A DNA stretch of 63,675 nucleotides, filler included, from Nemertoderma westbladi (GCA_032718475.1; 4 parts of 4 records of this genome joined end to end with filler, not necessarily neighbours in it); one strand, 5' to 3'; shown: positions 12,952-26,734, counted from the whole stretch's first letter. Numbers and translations: made by a program. The notes: generated from the sequence alone by a model not told the origin.

Positions 12952-13152
12952 TGTTATATGAGAATAATAATCAGTTTGATCGAGTTATTATATTACAGTT
13001 TAACCAATATATATAGTCAGACAGTTGAATCCAGTTAGATGTGGAATCATGAACTGTAGCCTACTGATTACCGGTACGCGGTAACCATACTACCGTACCT
13101 ATATCAGTCACTAACACATACAGTCATCCAGGTACTGTCTACAGTATTAACA
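12952..13152 (-). repeat. Copia 5' LTR
   Basis: Adjacent to the iMet PBS with a 1-nt spacer. Confidence 0.95.
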
Positions 13153-13449
13153 GCACTTTGCTCAGCAAGTGACGCTACAAGAATTGCGAAAACAATAATT
13201 TTATTGAATTTCTTTTGCCCATTTTATATTTATGGAGAAATCTGAATTTCGAAAATGTTTTTGATTTAAAGACTATAGCAACACCAAACTCAGTATGGAA
13301 GCGATTGAATGAGTTATTATTTACTACTGTAGGGTTCTGATTAATTATGTCAAATTACAGTTCTGTTTAATTCCCTGTCACTCTGTTTCCATGAATTTGG
13401 AAGCCCAAAGATGCCCATTTGAAAAATGGGCATGAAATAATAAATACGA

Positions 13450-14040
13450 TCCTATATATATAAATCGATTGTCTATTTGTCTGTGTATCTGTCTGTTTGT
13501 CATCCATTATACAATCGAACCCATCTCGATGAAATCTCCCTTTCTATACTGTAGCTTGTTAGAAAGGTCTCGTCCTAAATCGTAGCAACGTAATACTCGG
13601 AGCCTTCTGAAGTTCCCCCGTCTGCCGCTAGAGGGCTAATTGTCTTAAAGTGAAAATCGTCTGCAACTTTGTTATTTACAATCCTTTTAGACTGAAACTT
13701 GGTAGGCATCTACTACAGCATAGGCTGTATCTTTACTGAGACGCAGAGTCGTCTACTGTTCCCCCATCTGCCGCTAGAGGTCGAATTGTCTGATAGTGAA
13801 AAACCTGATCTCATTTGGTTGTTTTTAATCCTTTTGAGCTAAAAGTTGACAACTACCTACTACAGCATAGGCTGTATCTTTACGGAGTCACAGAGTCGAC
13901 TACAGTTCCCCAGTCTACCGCTAGAGGGCGAAATGTCTGAAAGTAAACATCTTCTCCAACTTTGCTATTTACAATCCGTTTAAGATGAAACTTGATAGCG
14001 AGGGTGTTGTCTGCAGATAGAGAGGGTAAAATTTCTGAAA
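13450..14040 (+). mobile_element. Probable non-autonomous Helitron-like element with three ~150-bp internal repeats
   Basis: A|TCCTATATATATAAA start followed by a TGTC-rich tract; three repeats each containing CCGCTAGAGG. 3' end not identified. Confidence 0.4.
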
Positions 14041-14894
14041 GTGAACATTTTCATTTATAATCCACTTAAGTTGAAACTTTACATTATATCTCCAATGGGG
14101 GCGGTGTTTTATTTTATGATGGTATGTATCTCTGTTCCGGAGACAGTTCTCCAATCCGCCACAAATTTCTCCACCCATATTCATATTTCATATATCATCT
14201 GCACGTGCACTACTAGAAAGAAGAGATGGTGTAATTCTTCCATTTACTGCTTTAATGAATTATTATTAGTAGGCATTCCGGTTCTTGAACTGCTAAAGTG
14301 AAATGTTTGTGGGTGGAGATCAAAATAAAGTCTTCAATAATTATATTTAAATACAGTTAGTGGATGATTTGTTGTAAATTAACGCCCACAATTTTAACGT
14401 ATCATTAAGATTATAAGCTTGTGTTGATGATTCTTTTCTTTAAAACGCAACGAAACAAAACACTATAATATTTAATATAATATGGGTGGAGCGTGTACTT
14501 ACTGAAGGGTTGCCAAATCAACAGGAACTGTTAGGAGAGGTTCTTATAGAAAATGCGCCAAACCATATCCATTCCGAATTCATCTAAGTAAACATTTATG
14601 TTCGCATAAATAATTCAGATTAAAAAAAAGGGAAACCGCCAAAACGTAAATAGATTCGATAAGTTATATGAAATAGGCATTTTACAGTTATTTAAACAAT
14701 ATATTAGAAGACAATGTTAATATATAATATTACGTTGAGTATTTTCTGGCGGAGGCCGGAGGAGTATTTTTATATTTTTTTTATTATTAAGTTGTAAATT
14801 AATATAATTTTCTTAACAAAACTCATGTGAAAAACGTGGGTGCAATTTATAAATTGTGATTTTGACAGAATAGAACCATAGTGACACAGAACCA

Positions 14895-15833
14895 TTCGAA
14901 GTGTTATGGGGAATCCTCCAGGGAGACACACATGCGCCATTCTTGTTCATAATTGTGGTTGACTATGTTCTACGCATGTCCTTAGATCATCATAATGATG
15001 ATGGGGTGATGATAACTCCACCTACTGGCTCCAGAAGTCGAGGAAATCCTGCCAAGTACCTAACTGATCTAGACTTTGCTGATGACTTAGGAGTACTCCC
15101 AGAATCACTAGAGGGAGCCCAACGGCTCTTAAGCACATTAGAACAGGCTGCTTCTAGTGTTGATCTTTTTATTAACTTCGAAAGACCAACATTTTAGCAG
15201 TTAACTTTGAAAGTCCTCAGCAAGTCTCTGACCGGATGAGCCTAAGCTCAAAGGATGGTATGCTTGAGCATGTGGACGACTTCTGTTACCTTGTTAGGGA
15301 AAGGCATGGGCAGCCTTGAATGGGCTTTCCAGGATTTGGAAGTCACATAGAATTCATCGGAAACTTAAGGTCCGATTATTTAGAGCAGCAGTAGTTCCTG
15401 TATTCCTCTACGAGAGTCCATGATGGGCTCTAACTGTGGAGGACACCAAATCTCTGGGTGGCACATTCACAAGAATGCTACGCCGGGTACAATGTCAAGT
15501 ACTGTGTGCCAAGTACAATGCACACATCTCTAACCAGACACTATATAACATTGGAGGTGTCTCATGGGTTCCCCCAAGCTTGTTCCCCCAGCCAGTGCAT
15601 AACCTAGTGCTTCGGCGGTCTCATGGAGTGAATAAGCATGGTGGACAGCCCATAACTTTCTTGAGACGCATCTTAAAGGACACTGGCCTTGAAGATGCGG
15701 ATGATCTAGAAAAGTGATAGGGAGTTGTGGCGGCGCAATTTTGTCGACAAGCCGGCACAGCATTCTTAATATATATGTGATATATATATATAATGCAGCT
15801 GCAATGCAGCATTCCTATTGCAGTAGTAGTAAT
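14895..15833 (+). mobile_element. Decayed 5'-truncated RTE-like LINE
   Basis: RT motifs GILQGDTHAPFLFIIVVDYVLR and DLDFADD; frameshifts; 3' end with (TAG)n tail shared with three other copies in the window. Confidence 0.85.
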
Positions 15834-17614
15834 AGGTGCATCGAGAGGGATATTTCAAACGTTTATAACTGGAGAATAAATGTAAAATATAAATTCACCC
15901 ACTACTAAATCGGGAGGTCAAACTATCTCTGTTTCAAACTTCATGCAATATTACTTAGGAATTAAGAATTGTGAAATTAGTATTAGTATGAGTATGAGTA
16001 TTAAATTAATTAGTATGAGTATTAGTATGCAGTCTCGTTACTGCATTAAGATACTATATATAATAGAGGATACTTAGTTATTAAGCCAAATACAATAATA
16101 TATTATTAAGATGTTTTCAGATATTGTATGGACAATCTGGGATCTACTGGGGACGGGATGGGGTTGCGACTATTAATTGGCGCAAAATCAAATCTGACAG
16201 AATTAAAAATGTTAATTACACATTAAGGGAGACTTCCTGGTTACGACGACATGTTATTATAATCAAATCAATGAACAACGGGAGTCCATAGCGCAGGTTA
16301 CAGATAAATATTTGTTAATTATCAGCTGTTAATTGCGTCGATTTTCCCCTGGTGAATTCCATCAGAAGTGCCCCCCCCCCCCCCCCCCCCCCCAACCCCC
16401 CAATGAATATAAAGAATATTGGTCTCTGACGTCACAAGTATCAATTACCAATTACCGCACTATACGTTGGAAAGGTCTTGGAGAATGTTCGTCAAACATC
16501 GCGCTAACAGTTTAAAGATTATTCAATATTGATTAAAATCTAATCCATGGCTAACAGATCGAATGATTCCGCGACCATGCGGGTGTTATTTCTCTCCAGG
16601 CAGTTTCCCAAATTCAATAATCCCTTGCGAATCCTCAAGAGATCTCATCTCACAACAATTCCTTGTCTCCTTGTAGTCCAATTCCAGAGCTCAATGGGAA
16701 ACATTAAAGCCTTTCTTGCATCTTACACGAGTTGGGGAAACGAAAGTAACATTTCGCTGCCCGACTGGCATAAGCCAATTACACAGCAATTGTTATACCT
16801 GAATGCCTCCAAACGTGTTTATCATTGAAACAATATCAACCCGGCAGATACCAGAACGTTCAATCAGTCAGCTGTAACTGGGGTGTGATACACGGATAGG
16901 AACAATAATTAATCAGATGTTGTACTTTGTACATGTACCTACGTAGGCCTACAACACGTGTTGATTGATATGCTGATATGCGGTACTATTTGATGCATGA
17001 AAGGAAACAGTTGCTACATGCATGGGAGAAACACGGAGTTGATAAATACATTATGGGTTTGTTTTAATGGGTATAATTTGGGAGTATGGTTTTATACAGT
17101 TGTCGTTTGAAATTTAAAACTATGTTTTTATACTTCAAATGGGTATAATCCGCAAATATAAAATATTAATAAACTGTCCATAATGAATATTCCCCTTTTA
17201 CATAATCAATCGCAAATCCATTGAACAACAAAGAAACAATGATTTACTATTGTGGTAGTCTATACTAATTTATCCATATTCAGGTTATACAGGCAGTGGT
17301 GGAGCAAACGTTCCTCCAAAGTAAAGAAAGTTCGTTACAGAGAAAAACGACCCTCCAATGATGCAATATGTTAGAAAGTTTTAAAAATATCCACTCGCTT
17401 CGATCGTTCGCCTTCATTTAGATTTTCTGGTCAACCCGTTACTGGTGCGACGACTCCCATTTTGTAGAATGTTCGCTACTTTTGAACGTGACATTCATTT
17501 ATCATGTATCAACTCGACACTAACTCGTACATACCTGCTATATTGTATTAAAATAACGATATTATAATTTTTAATTTGTTTAAATAGTTTAAATAACTAT
17601 TTGTTTTCATTCAG

Positions 17615-20600
17615 ACGATTTCGCCGAAGATTATTGTTGGTCACAAGGTCTGTATACCATACTACAGGCTTACGATATTGAAGGAGCTGATATTCCATAT
17701 CCTGGAGTTATTCCTGAAGAATTTCCCCCTTGTTTTCCAGGTAGGATTACTTACCCATAATGATTACTTATACTTTCGCACGTACCGGTGTAGTATAATT
17801 CTTACACTAATCTTACATTAAATGTAGCGCAATTAATTCTGTTTAGGTTTCCAAACCAAAGATGGGAGACAAGTTGTTTGTCCTCGTTTGGATGATATAA
17901 AAGGACCAACACGAATCTACCATCTGTGGTACCAATGGGTACCTTTCTACTTCTTTGTCACCGCTTCTACTTACTACATTCCCTATCTACTCTATAAGGT
18001 CTGGGGCATGGCAGAGATAAAAAAGGTGCTGGAGATGCTTCATTGTGTCATTGAAGATGAAACTGCTACGGAAAAAAGCGTGAACAAGGTAAAAAAAAAC
18101 CGCGAACATGTTAAAAAATAACCGCGAACAAGGTAAAAAACCGTGAAAGAGTAAAAAAATAAAGTAGGAAGAAGTCGAATAAGATGAGAATGAGTATAAT
18201 AAGCCGTCAATAAAATTAAGAATAAAATAAATAAAGCGTATAAAGCGTATAAAGTGGGATAAAATTGAATAGTCTGAGAATAAAGGAAAATTAATAGTAA
18301 AAAGGAATAATATCTCGTTGGAGAATATAAAGCTTCTGTGGTTTGTAACTGGGATATAAAGCGTTGGTAAGGGATATAAGAAATATGAATTAGTATGTGT
18401 AAAAGTAATGCATATCTTAGAATGGTGTGGAATATAGAAAATTAACAAAGTTTATCAATATATTTTACTACGAATTTGTCGACTTGGAAATGACTTCCTA
18501 TAAATTCATAACAAACGCCGCTGAGAATAAAAATAATTAGATAGTTGAGCCATGGCGATTTCACCTATGTCTAGGTGGCTGCTCTGTTGGACAACACTGC
18601 TGGACACCGCAGTTGGGCTGCCCTTGTTGTTAGTGGCAATTTGTCACACACATTCGCACTATAAATCATCGCATCGTCATAAATGCATAACTCCTCCAGT
18701 CAACAGTTGAAAGATAATTAAGTTCAAATAGAAATAAATTATTTTGAAATATGGAAAGGCCTGAAGATTAGAGTAGGCCTAGTTCTAACAGCTCTAACGT
18801 AATTTACATTAATACGAAGCTACTTTATGTGACGATGGTGTTAGGGATGTGACGATTTCTCCAATATTATATTTAATAGGTGGCTGCCTGGCTTTACATC
18901 ACTATGAGATCATATATCCGCTCGCCTAATATCATCACATCCCTTGCCTACCGATGTCGCATTGCCATGGTTATAATCTTTATCAAGTCAATATACCTCA
19001 CAGTTTCCCTGACAACCTTCTATTTCACATCACTTATGTTTAAGGTAAGCAATAATTAAGCATACAGTTCTACATATAACTATTTTACAGAATCAACTTT
19101 ATTTACTGTGTAAACTTCTGGTACCTAATGAAGTACATTTTAAAACCAGGAAATTTCGGAATTAAAATGAAATTTCGGAAATTAAAAATGCCAAAAACGA
19201 ACAATTATTATCGCCAATTCACCACAGCAAAGACTTTTGAAGACTTTTAAAGCAAAGACTTTTAAAGGAATTAAACTTATTTTGTTTTTCATTCGACCAT
19301 ATTTTCTCATTACAATTATATAACTATTCAACATATGACTGCTCAGCTCATACGGATTCATAAAAATCCATAACGGAAAGAGACATACTGTATATCACAA
19401 ACCATCGGTGTTAGCAAACCTTAATTAAATATATACCGGTACCTGTGGAACAATACGGCTTCTATCCTTGGATTTCTGCTATTGCTAGTGTGCAGTGTCT
19501 CTTTTAGGACATCACTTCTTGCTTAAATTCCCACAACGACGGCCTCTGTTTTCTATGCAGCGTTTGTTGATTTTCGTAACTCTTTTGATGTGATAACTGG
19601 AATAGTTCCAAACCAAAATTAGCCCTGCTGCTCCTAAAAACGATAATAATTGCAGAACAATGCAATAAGGAAAACAATAAATATAGTATTAACAAGAATT
19701 AATTATATTAAATATTAATATTATATAATAATATTTTTTATATATTTTATGTATTGTCATTGCTAAAGAAAAAATCTCGCCACTACTGTGAAAATCGTTG
19801 ATATTATATACACTGTGTGATTTGGCCTATCATAGGATACAGCTATACTAGCACATTCCTAAATATACCAGGAACCACCCTACTTTAAATGTTGTATGAC
19901 CACTTATATTATACGAGTTTTATCTTAGGTTGGGGATTTTTTAACCTATGGTTATGATTGGGCGGTTGCTCTGCGAATGGGAATCCATGTTCCTGGCGGA
20001 AAGCTCTTCCCGAAAATGGTCGCATGCGAGATTCGCCACTGGGGTCCCACAGGTTAGTCTATTCTACAAGAGTCAGAAGTCCACCAACTGGGTCCCACAG
20101 GTTAGTCTATTCTACAAGAGTCAGAAGTCCACCAACTGGGTCCCACAGGTTAGTCTATTCTACAAGAGTCAGAAGTCCACCAACTGGGTCCCACAGGTTA
20201 GTCTATTCTACAAGAGTCAGAAGTCCACCAACTGGGTCCCACAGGTTAGTCTATTCTACAAGAGTCAGAAGTCCACCAACTGGGTCCCACAGGTTAGTCT
20301 ATTCTACAAGAGTCAGAAGTCCACCAACTGGGTCCCACAGGTTAGTCTATTCTACAAGAGTCAGAAGTCCACCAACTGGGTCCCACAGGTTAATCTATTC
20401 TACAAGAGTCAGAAGTCCACCAACTGGGTCCCACAGGTTAGTCTATTCTACAAGAGTCAGAAGTCCACCAACTGGGTCCCACAGGTTAGTCTATTCTACA
20501 AGAGTCAGAAGTCCACCAACTGGGTCCCACAGGTTAATCTATTCTACAAGAGTCAGAAGTCCACCAACTGGGTCCCACAGGTTAGTCTATTCTACAAGAG

Positions 20601-23600
20601 TCAGAAGTCCACCAACTGGGTCCCACAGGTTAGTCTATTCTACAAGAGTCAGAAGTCCACCAACTGGGTCCCACAGGTTAGTCTATTCTACAAGAGTCAG
20701 AAGTCCACCAACTGGGTCCCACAGGTTAGTCTATTCTACAAGAGTCAGAAGTCCACCAACTGGGTCCCACAGGTTAGTCTATTCTACAAGAGTCAGAAGT
20801 CCACCAACTGGGTCCCACAGGTTAGTCTATTCTACAAGAGTCAGAAGTCCACCAACTGGGTCCCACAGGTTAGTCTATTCTACAAGAGTCAGAAGTCCAC
20901 CAACTGGGTCCCACAGGTTAATCTATTCTACAAGAGTCAGAAGTCCACCAACTGGGTCCCACAGGTTAGTCTATTCTACAAGAGTCAGAAGTCCACCAAC
21001 TGGGTCCCACAGGTTAGTCTATTCTACAAGAGTCAGAAGTCCACCAACTGGGTCCCACAGGTTAGTCTATTCTACAAGAGTCAGAAGTCCACCAACTGGG
21101 TCCCACAGGTTAGTCTATTCTACAAGAGTCAGAAGTCCACCAACTGGGTCCCACAGGTTAGTCTATTCTACAAGAGTCAGAAGTCCACCAACTGGGTCCC
21201 ACAGGTTAGTCTATTCTACAAGAGTCAGAAGTCCACCAACTGGGTCCCACAGGTTAGTCTATTCTACAAGAGTCAGAAGTCCACCAACTGGGTCCCACAG
21301 GTTAGTCTATTCTACAAGAGTCAGAAGTCCACCAACTGGGTCCCACAGGTTAGTCTATTCTACAAGAGTCAGAAGTCCACCAACTGGGTCCCACAGGTTA
21401 GTCTATTCTACAAGAGTCAGAAGTCCACCAACTGGGTCCCACAGGTTAGTCTATTCTACAAGAGTCAGAAGTCCACCAACTGGGTCCCACAGGTTAGTCT
21501 ATTCTACAAGAGTCAGAAGTCCACCAACTGGGTCCCACAGGTTAGTCTATTCTACAAGAGTCAGAAGTCCACCAACTGGGTCCCACAGGTTAGTCTATTC
21601 TACAAGAGTCAGAAGTCCACCAACTGGGTCCCACAGGTTAGTCTATTCTACAAGAGTCAGAAGTCCACCAACTGGGTCCCACAGGTTAGTCTATTCTACA
21701 AGAGTCAGAAGTCCACCAACTGGGTCCCACAGGTTAGTCTATTCTACAAGAGTCAGAAGTCCACCAACTGGGTCCCACAGGTTAGTCTATTCTACAAGAG
21801 TCAGAAGTCCACCAACTGGGTCCCACAGGTTAATCTATTCTACAAGAGTCAGAAGTCCACCAACTGGGTCCCACAGGTTAGTCTATTCTACAAGAGTCAG
21901 AAGTCCACCAACTGGGTCCCACAGGTTAGTCTATTCTACAAGAGTCAGAAGTCCACCAACTGGGTCCCACAGGTTAGTCTATTCTACAAGAGTCAGAAGT
22001 CCACCAACTGGGTCCCACAGGTTAGTCTATTCTACAAGAGTCAGAAGTCCACCAACTGGGTCCCACAGGTTAGTCTATTCTACAAGAGTCAGAAGTCCAC
22101 CAACTGGGTCCCACAGGTTAGTCTATTCTACAAGAGTCAGAAGTCCACCAACTGGGTCCCACAGGTTAGTCTATTCTACAAGAGTCAGAAGTCCACCAAC
22201 TGGGTCCCACAGGTTAGTCTATTCTACAAGAGTCAGAAGTCCACCAACTGGGTCCCACAGGTTAGTCTATTCTACAAGAGTCAGAAGTCCACCAACTGGG
22301 TCCCACAGGTTAATCTATTCTACAAGAGTCAGAAGTCCACCAACTGGGTCCCACAGGTTAGTCTATTCTACAAGAGTCAGAAGTCCACCAACTGGGTCCC
22401 ACAGGTTAGTCTATTCTACAAGAGTCAGAAGTCCACCAACTGGGTCCCACAGGTTAGTCTATTCTACAAGAGTCAGAAGTCCACCAACTGGGTCCCACAG
22501 GTTAGTCTATTCTACAAGAGTCAGAAGTCCACCAACTGGGTCCCACAGGTTAGTCTATTCTACAAGAGTCAGAAGTCCACCAACTGGGTCCCACAGGTTA
22601 GTCTATTCTACAAGAGTCAGAAGTCCACCAACTGGGTCCCACAGGTTAGTCTATTCTACAAGAGTCAGAAGTCCACCAACTGGGTCCCACAGGTTAGTCT
22701 ATTCTACAAGAGTCAGAAGTCCACCAACTGGGTCCCACAGGTTAGTCTATTCTACAAGAGTCAGAAGTCCACCAACTGGGTCCCACAGGTTAGTCTATTC
22801 TACAAGAGTCAGAAGTCCACCAACTGGGTCCCACAGGTTAGTCTATTCTACAAGAGTCAGAAGTCCACCAACTGGGTCCCACAGGTTAGTCTATTCTACA
22901 AGAGTCAGAAGTCCACCAACTGGGTCACACAGGTTAGTCTATTCTACAAGAGTCAGAAATCCACCAACTGGGTCACACAGGTTAGTCTATTCTACAAGAG
23001 TCAGAAGTCCACCAACTGGGTCCCACAGGTTAGTCTATTCTACAAGAGTCAGAAGTCCACCAACTGGGTCACACAGGTTAGTCTATTCTACAAGAGTCAG
23101 AAGTCCACCAACTGGGTCCCACAGGTTAGTCTATTCTACAAGAGTCAGAAGTCCACCAACTGGGTCCCACAGGTTAGTCTATTCTACAAGAGTCAGAAGT
23201 CCACCAACTGGGTCCCACAGGTTAGTCTATTCTACAAGAGTCAGAAATCCACCAACTGGGTCCCACAGGTTAGTCTATTCTACAAGAGTCAGAAGTCCAC
23301 CAACTGGGTCCCACAGGTTAGTCTATTCTACAAGAGTCAGAAGTCCACCAACTGGGTCCCACAGGTTAGTCTATTCTACAAGAGTCAGAAATCCACCAAC
23401 TGGGTCACACAGGTTAGTCTATTCTACAAGAGTCAGAAGTCCACCAACTGGGTCCCACAGGTTAGTCTATTCTACAAGAGTCAGAAGTCCACCAACTGGG
23501 TCCCACAGGTTAGTCTATTCTACAAGAGTCAGAAGTCCACCAACTGGGTCCCACAGGTTAGTCTATTCTACAAGAGTCAGAAGTCCACCAACTGGGTCCC

Positions 23601-25725
23601 ACAGGTTAATCTATTCTACAAGAGTCAGAAGTCCACCAACTGGGTCCCACAGGTTAGTCTATTCTACAAGAGTCAGAAATCCACCAACTGGGTCACACAG
23701 GTTAGTCTATTCTACAAGAGTCAGAAGTCCACCAACTGGGTCCCACAGGTTAATCTATTCTACAAGAGTCAGAAGTCCACCAACTGGGTCCCACAGGTTA
23801 GTCTATTCTACAAGAGTCAGAAATCCACCAACTGGGTCACACAGGTTAGTCTATTCTACAAGAGTCAGAAGTCCACCAACTGGGTCCCACAGGTTAATCT
23901 ATTCTACAAGAGTCAGAAGTCCGCCAACTGGGTCACACAGGTTAGTCTATTCTACAAGAGTCAGAAATCCACCAACTGGGTCACACAGGTTAGTCTATTC
24001 TACAAGAGTCAGAAGTCCACCAACTGGGTCCCACAGGTTAATCTATTCTACAAGAGTCAGAAGTCCACCAACTGGGTCCCACAGGTTAGTCTATTCTACA
24101 AGAGTCAGAAGTCCACCAACTGGGTCCCACAGGTTAATCTATTCTACAAGAGTCAGAAGTCCACCAACTGGGTCCCACAGGTTAATCTATTCTACAAGAG
24201 TCAGAAGTCCACCAACTGGGTCCCACAGGTTAATCTATTCTACAAGAGTCAGAAGTCCACCAACTGGGTCCCACAGGTTAGTCTATTCTACAAGAGTCAG
24301 AAGTCCACCAACTGGGTCCCACAGGTTAGTCTATTCTACAAGAGTCAGAAGTCCACCAACTGGGTCCCACAGGTTAGTCTATTCTACAAGAGTCAGAAGT
24401 CCACCAACTGGGTCCCACAGGTTAGTCTATTCTACAAGAGTCAGAAGTCCACCAACTGGGTCCCACAGGTTAATCTATTCTACAAGAGTCAGAAGTCCAC
24501 AACTGGGTCCCACAGGTTAGTCTATTCTACAAGAGTCAGAAGTCCACCAACTGGGTCCCACAGGTTAGTCTATTCTACAAGAGTCAGAAGTCCACCAACT
24601 GGGTCCCACAGGTTAGTCTATTCTACAAGAGTCAGAAGTCCACCAACTGGGTCCCACAGGTTAGTCTATTCTACAAGAGTCAGAAGTCCACCAACTGGGT
24701 CCCACAGGTTAATCTATTCTACAAGAGTCAGAAGTCCACCAACTGGGTCACACAGGTTAGTCTATTCTACAGGAGTCAGAAATCCACCAACTCGGTCCTA
24801 CAGCACTGCAGGTCATGTATTATACAATTACAGCACCTCGACTTACTCACTATAATATATTTAAACTTTTCTCCACCTTTAGGTATCGAAGAGGAGCAAG
24901 GTATGTGTCTGCTAACCCCCAATGTTATTAACCAATACCTGTTCCTGGTTCTCTGGTTCGCAATGGTGTTTACCATCATTACAAACACTATATCGTTGAC
25001 TATAACCCCGCTCTCCATGTGTTGCGTTAAATTCTCATACGGGAGATTTCGAGCACATTCATTATTACCAGAAAATGAAACAATATGGTTAATATACAGG
25101 TGTGATATAATTATCTAACAACTACGCAGTCCTTAAAGGGACATCATACAGTACGTTATACCACGCGGCAATAGCTAACGACCGCGGAGCACGAGTTATA
25201 GCTACTATGGGAGTTATCACGGGCCCCAGGCTAGCTACCACCCGGCTCCGTGAGCCTACACTTTAAACTTTTATAAAATGTTGAATTATATAATGACATT
25301 TATATTTTAAATAACATTTTTGTAACTAAACTTTTCGACCACTACAATACAGTATATTGTAGTATACATATATAGAGCAATATATGCATGCAAAATTTTT
25401 AAGTAATTAATAGGAGACGTAACTTATATATTTGTGTTTAAACATGAAATTTTAACTAAATATTTCGCAAAATGCCGAATTAATAATTAATTTCTTGTAA
25501 TCAGTGCATCATCACAATGCTTGTATTATTGCAACACATATGTATTTGTTTCAACTTAGGGAGGTCGGAGCTAGTGGACGCATTGTGCTCAACATGGTCG
25601 GCAACAGTTGTAAACCCAAACTGTTTGAAGATGTCATGGACAAACTGGTAACAAAGATGAAAGACACCAGAGTTCTAGTAAACAGAATACGGGTTGTAAA
25701 GAAAACAACAACTGTTGCAGTTTAA
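17615..25725 (+). CDS. Innexin (gap junction/pannexin family), six exons; N-terminal exon(s) not found
   Basis: Phase-compatible GT-AG exons 17615-17740, 17847-18088, 18880-19044, 19929-20052, 24883-25099, 25560-25725. Motifs FAEDYCWSQGLYT, PYPG, HLWYQWVPF, LFPKMVACEIRHWGPTGIEEEQGMCLLTPNVINQYLFLVLWF, GASGRIVL; stop at 25725 and AATAAA about 25 nt downstream. Confidence 0.92.
20053..24803 (+). repeat. 48-bp tandem array (99 units) filling an innexin intron
   Basis: Unit GTTAGTCTATTCTACAAGAGTCAGAAGTCCACCAACTGGGTCCCACAG; 4751 bp = 99x48 minus one 1-nt deletion near 24500. Confidence 0.97.
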
Positions 25726-26734
25726 ACTGTAAATCAAACTTTAGATAAATAAACTAATTTATTCCAGCTGATTCAATGTATTAAATTAACGGATTTGCTA
25801 CGATATATTTTTTTTTTAATTGAAAACAAAGGACAACGAAAAATATATTTAACCTGCATCTCTTATATGGCACGTAACACTTTAAGACGAAAAACGTGGT
25901 CAAAACATAAAGTTTTCAAATGCATGACATTTATTATACATATTTCGAAAGCTCAAAATTTTCTCTTTTTTTTAGTGCTAATCAGAGATAAAGCTGAATT
26001 AAGACAGGACAAACTAAAAAATAAAATGTGGTAAAATTTTAAGAATCCGTCTCCCAAATTACAAATCGCAGACAAGTCTACGCTTGACAAGACTACATTT
26101 GTAATCTTTTATAACTTCCAAGACTAAGACTACATTGTAACCTTGGTAACTTGCTTATTTCCCCCAATATGTTATCTTGGAATGTAATGTGAACAGTGTT
26201 AATACGGTAAGGTACTACACATAAAAGTTAAAAATTCATCGTCTTTAATTAAGGTACAGAATATTTCATCTTTAAACCCTACGTTACATACGTAACTGTT
26301 CATTCACTACACTATTACTGACAGCCTAAATCAAACAACTACCACTAACGTAACAGACACTACATAAATTATACGACATAATGAAATTTGTTACTATAAT
26401 GCTACTATAACTAATTTGCTGCTTTAATACTGTACCCCCCCCCCCCCCCCCCCCCCGTCCTGTACGCCTATGGGATTATTGTTGACAAGTTGCGTATTTC
26501 ATATCATATATTCATATACTGTCCAACAATTCATATACAGTATTCACGAAATCATTGTTACAAGACTACCATATTTAGGGACAAACCACTCAATATTTGC
26601 CAAGTCTACTTTGATAAGACTACTTTTTTTTATACTGTAGTCTTGGACCAGCATAACCGGTGATTTTTAAGGATAGTCTCTGCATTTTTTTTATAGGGTT
26701 TAATTTTGATTTCCAAGGAACAGGTTGTCTCTAT

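Larger units (their letters stand above)
7668..13152 (-). mobile_element. Full-length Ty1/Copia retrotransposon, GalEa-like
   Basis: 201-bp LTRs TGTT...AACA at 7668-7868 and 12952-13152; PBS TGGTAGCAGAGC (tRNA-iMet) at 12939-12950; PPT at 7869-7890; single gag-pol ORF. Confidence 0.96.

Noticed and set aside
16111-16176. Candidate innexin first exon (MFSDIVW...)
   Set aside because: Closes at a stop after 21 codons, with no TM1 or innexin motif.
19948-24855. 1635-aa and 1520-aa repetitive ORFs
   Set aside because: By-products of a 48-bp unit without stops in two frames; the real coding frame is the third (innexin) and the array is intronic.
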